From contig CAMBMS010000014.1 of the NCBI GenBank assembly GCA_945868845.1, positions 2,592-66,591 of the forward strand: a DNA stretch of 64,000 bases, read 5' to 3'. A program made the position numbers and the translations under genes. This DNA comes from Asaia bogorensis (GTDB lineage: Bacteria > Pseudomonadota > Alphaproteobacteria > Acetobacterales > Acetobacteraceae). Positions 60,801-64,000 of the stretch are shown one piece after another. A model generated the notes under the pieces. That model ran no database searches, was not told the DNA's origin, and saw only the letters and a program-made list of their open reading frames with translations. Each line of letters begins with the position of its first letter. Positions within the stretch are counted from its first letter, which is position 1.

Positions 60801-61949
60801 GTGCACTACAAGAGGATTTCGGCCGATTGCCATTTGGATATGCCCTGGATGCCGCCGGAGCTGTTCACCTCCGAGGCGTCGCGGGAAATGAAGGACCGCA
60901 TGCCCTATGTCACCGATGGGCCTGACGGGCCGCAATGGGTGACTAAGAAGGGCGCCTATTTCGGCCTGCTGAACGGCGTAGGCCCGGGGGGCTCCAAGCT
61001 GGTGCCGGGGCAGAATCATCGCGTTGACATCATGGCGAAGACCGGCATGTTCGCCGATGGTAAGAAAGGCATCCAGCGCCCGTCCGATCCGCATCTGCGG
61101 CTGAAGGAAATGGAGCGCGATGGAGTGGATGCGGAAGTGATCTTCGGTATTCTTGGCTCCGCATCGAAGATGCAGGACAACGAAGCCGCGGACGAGATGT
61201 TTAGGATCTATAACGACTGGCTGAAGGAATTCTGCAGCCATTACCCCGACCGTCATATCGGCCTTGCCTGCATTCCCTATGGAGATGTCGACAAGGCGGC
61301 GGTGGAAATCTACCGCACCGCCAAGATGGGGCTGCGTGGCATCGAGGTATCCTGTTCCTGGGACATGGAAGCGATGTGGCATCCGTACTGGGAACCGCTG
61401 TGGAAGGCGATCAACGATGTGCAGCTGCCGCTGCATTTTCATACATTTCCGACGATCAACCCGAAGGCGCGCGAAATGGCCAAGGGGCTGACCGGACGCG
61501 CGGCGTTGTTTACGGGCGTGTCGTCGTTTCAGATGGGGCTCATCCATATCATCGCCGGAATGATGGGCGCGGGGGTGTTTGAGCGTTACCCGAACCTTCG
61601 CGTCTCCTTCGGCGAAAGCGGCATCGGATGGATTCCCTATGCGCTAGACCGGATGGATTTTGAGTTCGAGGACCGGTTCCGCGATCTGATGAAGCTGAAG
61701 CCGTCGGAATACTGGCAGCGCCAGTGCAAGGCGACATTCCAGTATGATGTGATCGGCCCGAAGCTGATCGGCACCAATAATCTGATGACAGTGGATACCT
61801 TGATGTGGGGGTCGGACTATCCGCATACCGACGGCATTTGGCCGGAATCCACCAAATATATCGATCAGCAATTCGCCGGCCTGTCCGCGGAGGACATCCA
61901 CAAGATCACCTGCGAGAACGCGGCGAAGTTCTATAATTTAACAAACTGA
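60801..61949 (+). CDS. Amidohydrolase_2 family metal-dependent hydrolase
   Basis: ISADCH, YNDW, HFH, GESGIGWIP, MWGSDYPH; GTG after GGAGG (alternative ATG 60789). Confidence 0.92.
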   Translation: MHYKRISADCHLDMPWMPPELFTSEASREMKDRMPYVTDGPDGPQWVTKKGAYFGLLNGVGPGGSKLVPGQNHRVDIMAKTGMFADGKKGIQRPSDPHLRLKEMERDGVDAEVIFGILGSASKMQDNEAADEMFRIYNDWLKEFCSHYPDRHIGLACIPYGDVDKAAVEIYRTAKMGLRGIEVSCSWDMEAMWHPYWEPLWKAINDVQLPLHFHTFPTINPKAREMAKGLTGRAALFTGVSSFQMGLIHIIAGMMGAGVFERYPNLRVSFGESGIGWIPYALDRMDFEFEDRFRDLMKLKPSEYWQRQCKATFQYDVIGPKLIGTNNLMTVDTLMWGSDYPHTDGIWPESTKYIDQQFAGLSAEDIHKITCENAAKFYNLTN

Positions 61950-61960
61950 GGCAACGCAGT

Positions 61961-61992
61961 CGCCCCATCCCGGTCAGGATGGGGCGGGCTTT
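61961..61992 (+). terminator. Hairpin after amidohydrolase, possible intrinsic terminator
   Basis: 10-bp stem CGCCCCATCC/GGATGGGGCG; weak U tract. Confidence 0.5.
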
Positions 61993-62036
61993 GGCGGGCG
62001 GCCGTATGACAAAGGTAATCCACGCGCCACACCTAA

Positions 62037-62270
62037 AAAACCTCTCTTCCTTCTGGACATCCGGAAATCTATCGCGTCGCTGACGTTGTTGAAGCGGGAA
62101 ATATCCTGCCGCCGACGGGTGCGGCGTGGCGCTATATCAATAAGTCCCAGCTTTGGCATGCTGATAGCTCGTTCCACGTAGTGCTGAGCAATGGCCCCAT
62201 CCTGCATGGCATTGAAGTGACGACATTCGACAGCACCCGGCTGAAGCGCATCACTCACCCTGCCGCCTAG
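62037..62270 (+). pseudogene. TauD/TfdA dioxygenase internal fragment
   Basis: HPEIYRV..GNILPP..SQLWHADSSF..ILHGIEV (HxD motif); no start codon, truncated at both ends. Confidence 0.7.
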
Positions 62271-62387
62271 GCCGGCGGTAGCGGTGTGACCGAAGGCTTT
62301 TTTTCGTCAAGGACGGTTTAGCTTGCGCCGGCGCGCGCGGATCAGCAAGCTAGGCTTCCCTGCAACCAACTGAAAGGAGGTGATCCA

Positions 62388-62474
62388 GTGTCTCATTGTT
62401 TGACGTCGGCATCGGCTGCTCAAGGCATCGCTCTGACCTGGATTGTCCCCACCTGCGAACAGGTGGCGGCGTAG
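62388..62474 (+). CDS. Putative 28-aa small protein (or dual-function sRNA)
   Basis: GAAAGGAGGTGATCCA-GTG; MSHCLTSASAAQGIALTWIVPTCEQVAA*; followed by a terminator. Confidence 0.6.
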   Translation: MSHCLTSASAAQGIALTWIVPTCEQVAA

Positions 62475-62513
62475 CACGGCCTGCCTCCGGCATCGCTGCC
62501 GGCCGACAATGCG

Positions 62514-62546
62514 AAAGCCCCGGGGACATCCCCCGGGGCTTTTTTT
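62514..62546 (+). terminator. Rho-independent terminator
   Basis: AAAGCCCCGGGG-ACATC-CCCCGGGGCTTTTTTT. Confidence 0.9.
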
Positions 62547-62589
62547 GTCTCCGGGTGCAGGAAGGCTAAGAGATTACGTGGTCTACCTT

Positions 62590-62830
62590 TGCCTCTTTTT
62601 TACCCGGTAATCTCTTTTGGAGCACGTGAGATTGGGGTTGACGACCCTGGAACAGCATTTATGTCAGTTTCCTACAGGTCGCGAAATCGTCGCTTACTGC
62701 CGGGGGCCCTACTGCGTGCTCACTTTCGAGGCGGAGGCATCCTTCAGCACAAGGGATTTTTGGGCTCGACGGCTCGAGGACGGATAATCGGAATGGCGCG
62801 CGGCTGTTCTTCCAGTGGAACGGGCGTCGG
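62590..62830 (+). pseudogene. C-terminal rhodanese domain remnant of an ArsR-rhodanese type protein
   Basis: GREIVAYCRGPYCVLTFEA..RRLEDG*SEWRAA; TAA at 62785. Confidence 0.8.
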
Positions 62831-62931
62831 AGCAGCATACCTTGAGCGTTACGCTCCCCACTTCCTTGGGCGCGGCTCGGGACAGCGCCTCGAATTATCT
62901 TCCGATTGCTCGCACCGCCTGATTGGGAATA

Positions 62932-63720
62932 TCAGCGCTGTGACGGGTTCAGGGATTGGCGGCGCACGGCCCGGTTGCTGGTGGCGGGGGCGGCGTCAGC
63001 GAGTATTGGTTGTGCGATCGCTTCGGTTTGTGCGCCGGCGCCGACGCGACTCAATACCTCGCGCAGCGGTTCGGCGCCTGGGTTGCGGCCGGCCATTTCT
63101 AAGATGACCTGCCGCGCCCCCATGTCGCGGCCGTAATAGGTATGGTTCCATTCGGTGCGGCTGCTCAGTATGCTGCCTTGCAGGGTGATACCGGCGAACA
63201 GCCCGCGGCCTTGGGAGAAGGCGACGATATCGGCGCCCAGATCGGCGGTGGTGGCGCCCTCAAGGCCGGCGCCGATGGTGGCGACGGTGATATTGGCGTC
63301 GCCGCCGAACTTGAACTGGCTGTCCATAATCGCGCCTAGGCCCTTATCGGTCAGGATCATCATCACGACGGCACTGTCCTGGATACCGATCTGGAAGCCG
63401 ACGCTGCCGCTGCCCATGCCGTAGAAGGCCGGGTAGGACCAGTTGCCCTGGCTGTCGCGTGCCAGTAGGGCGCAGCCACCTCCCGATCCGCCGACGATGA
63501 AGCCAGCGCGAAAGATGCGCGGGCAGACCAGCACAGCGCGGGCCTTGCGCAATAGATGTCGTTCCGGGGAATGGGCGGGGGTGCCTAGGACGATCTCCTG
63601 CACCGTCAGGGTGGCGCGATCGACCAGGGTTTGCTGGTCTGATTGTGCCTGCGCGGCGGATAAAGGCAGAAGCGACATCACGCCGGCAAGCGAGAAGAGC
63701 AAATAGCGGGCGAGGGTCAT
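62932..63720 (-). CDS. Ysc84/SYLF lipid-binding domain protein, exported
   Basis: Signal peptide, AGFIVGGSGG, WSYPAF, SVGFQIG, GLFAG..LQG. Confidence 0.9.
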   Translation of the reverse strand: MTLARYLLFSLAGVMSLLPLSAAQAQSDQQTLVDRATLTVQEIVLGTPAHSPERHLLRKARAVLVCPRIFRAGFIVGGSGGGCALLARDSQGNWSYPAFYGMGSGSVGFQIGIQDSAVVMMILTDKGLGAIMDSQFKFGGDANITVATIGAGLEGATTADLGADIVAFSQGRGLFAGITLQGSILSSRTEWNHTYYGRDMGARQVILEMAGRNPGAEPLREVLSRVGAGAQTEAIAQPILADAAPATSNRAVRRQSLNPSQR

Positions 63721-63811
63721 AGCGCGGTCTCCCTTCCCCGCTCCGCGGCGCCCTCAATACGAGCGCGCCGAGTACAGGGGGTGGAAGAATCCCTTATTCG
63801 CGTCGCGTCGG

Positions 63812-64000
63812 TCAATAACTAGATAGTTCGTTCACGCAAACGACACGCCAGGCGGATCCATGGTGTTCAAGGCGGGTAAGGGAGAGATTCTGCACCGATA
63901 GATGAAGCGCACTATCCGGCAAGATGCGCAAGGCATGGGCCAGCGCGGCGCGAATCGCCCCGCCATGGCTTACCATCACTACATCCTCTCCCGTATGTTG
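63812..64000 (-). CDS. Histidine phosphatase family protein, C-terminal part only
   Basis: Manual translation: VVMVSHGGAIRAALAHAL..NLSLTRL..WRVVCVNE. Confidence 0.8.
   Translation of the reverse strand, partial: QHTGEDVVMVSHGGAIRAALAHALRILPDSALHLSVQNLSLTRLEHHGSAWRVVCVNELSSY

Noticed and set aside
62372..62388. Possible 16S rRNA gene fragment on the minus strand
   Set aside because: The match covers only the terminal 17 nt and the flanks do not resemble 16S; better read as an extended SD
62388..62474. tmRNA, because the peptide ends in VAA
   Set aside because: No ANDN-type resume sequence or tRNA-like ends; the ORF has its own SD and start codon

Overview
GC-rich alphaproteobacterial chromosome segment, Acetobacteraceae/Rhodospirillales-like (inferred from gene style). 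Housekeeping genes: polA, xseB-ispA-dxs-tlyA, atpHAGDC, etfBA-hbd, rpsU, def, COQ9, manC, msrA. Catabolic genes: sarcosine oxidase, paaG-paaI-paaK, fused indolepyruvate oxidoreductase, pimCD-like acyl-CoA dehydrogenases, CoA-transferases, SDRs, a GMC oxidoreductase. There is also a small sulfur cassette (yeeE, cytochrome c, fccB, soxY, soxZ) beside IS remnants. The most notable signals are missing from the ORF track. (1) A SelW/Rdx-type gene at 56495-56713 has an in-frame TGA in a CxxU motif followed by a SECIS-like hairpin. (2) A 28-codon ORF at 62388-62474 has a 17-nt match to the 16S 3' end as its ribosome-binding site, an internal anti-SD and its own terminator. (3) There are two MITE/REP-like elements, one with a perfect 43-bp inverted repeat. 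(4) About ten eroded gene remnants occur (IS6 x2, IS3, Phd, SDR, IclR, DUF1194, HAD, TauD, ArsR-rhodanese). No rRNA, tRNA or CRISPR array was seen. Product calls come from motif recognition by eye, not database searches.
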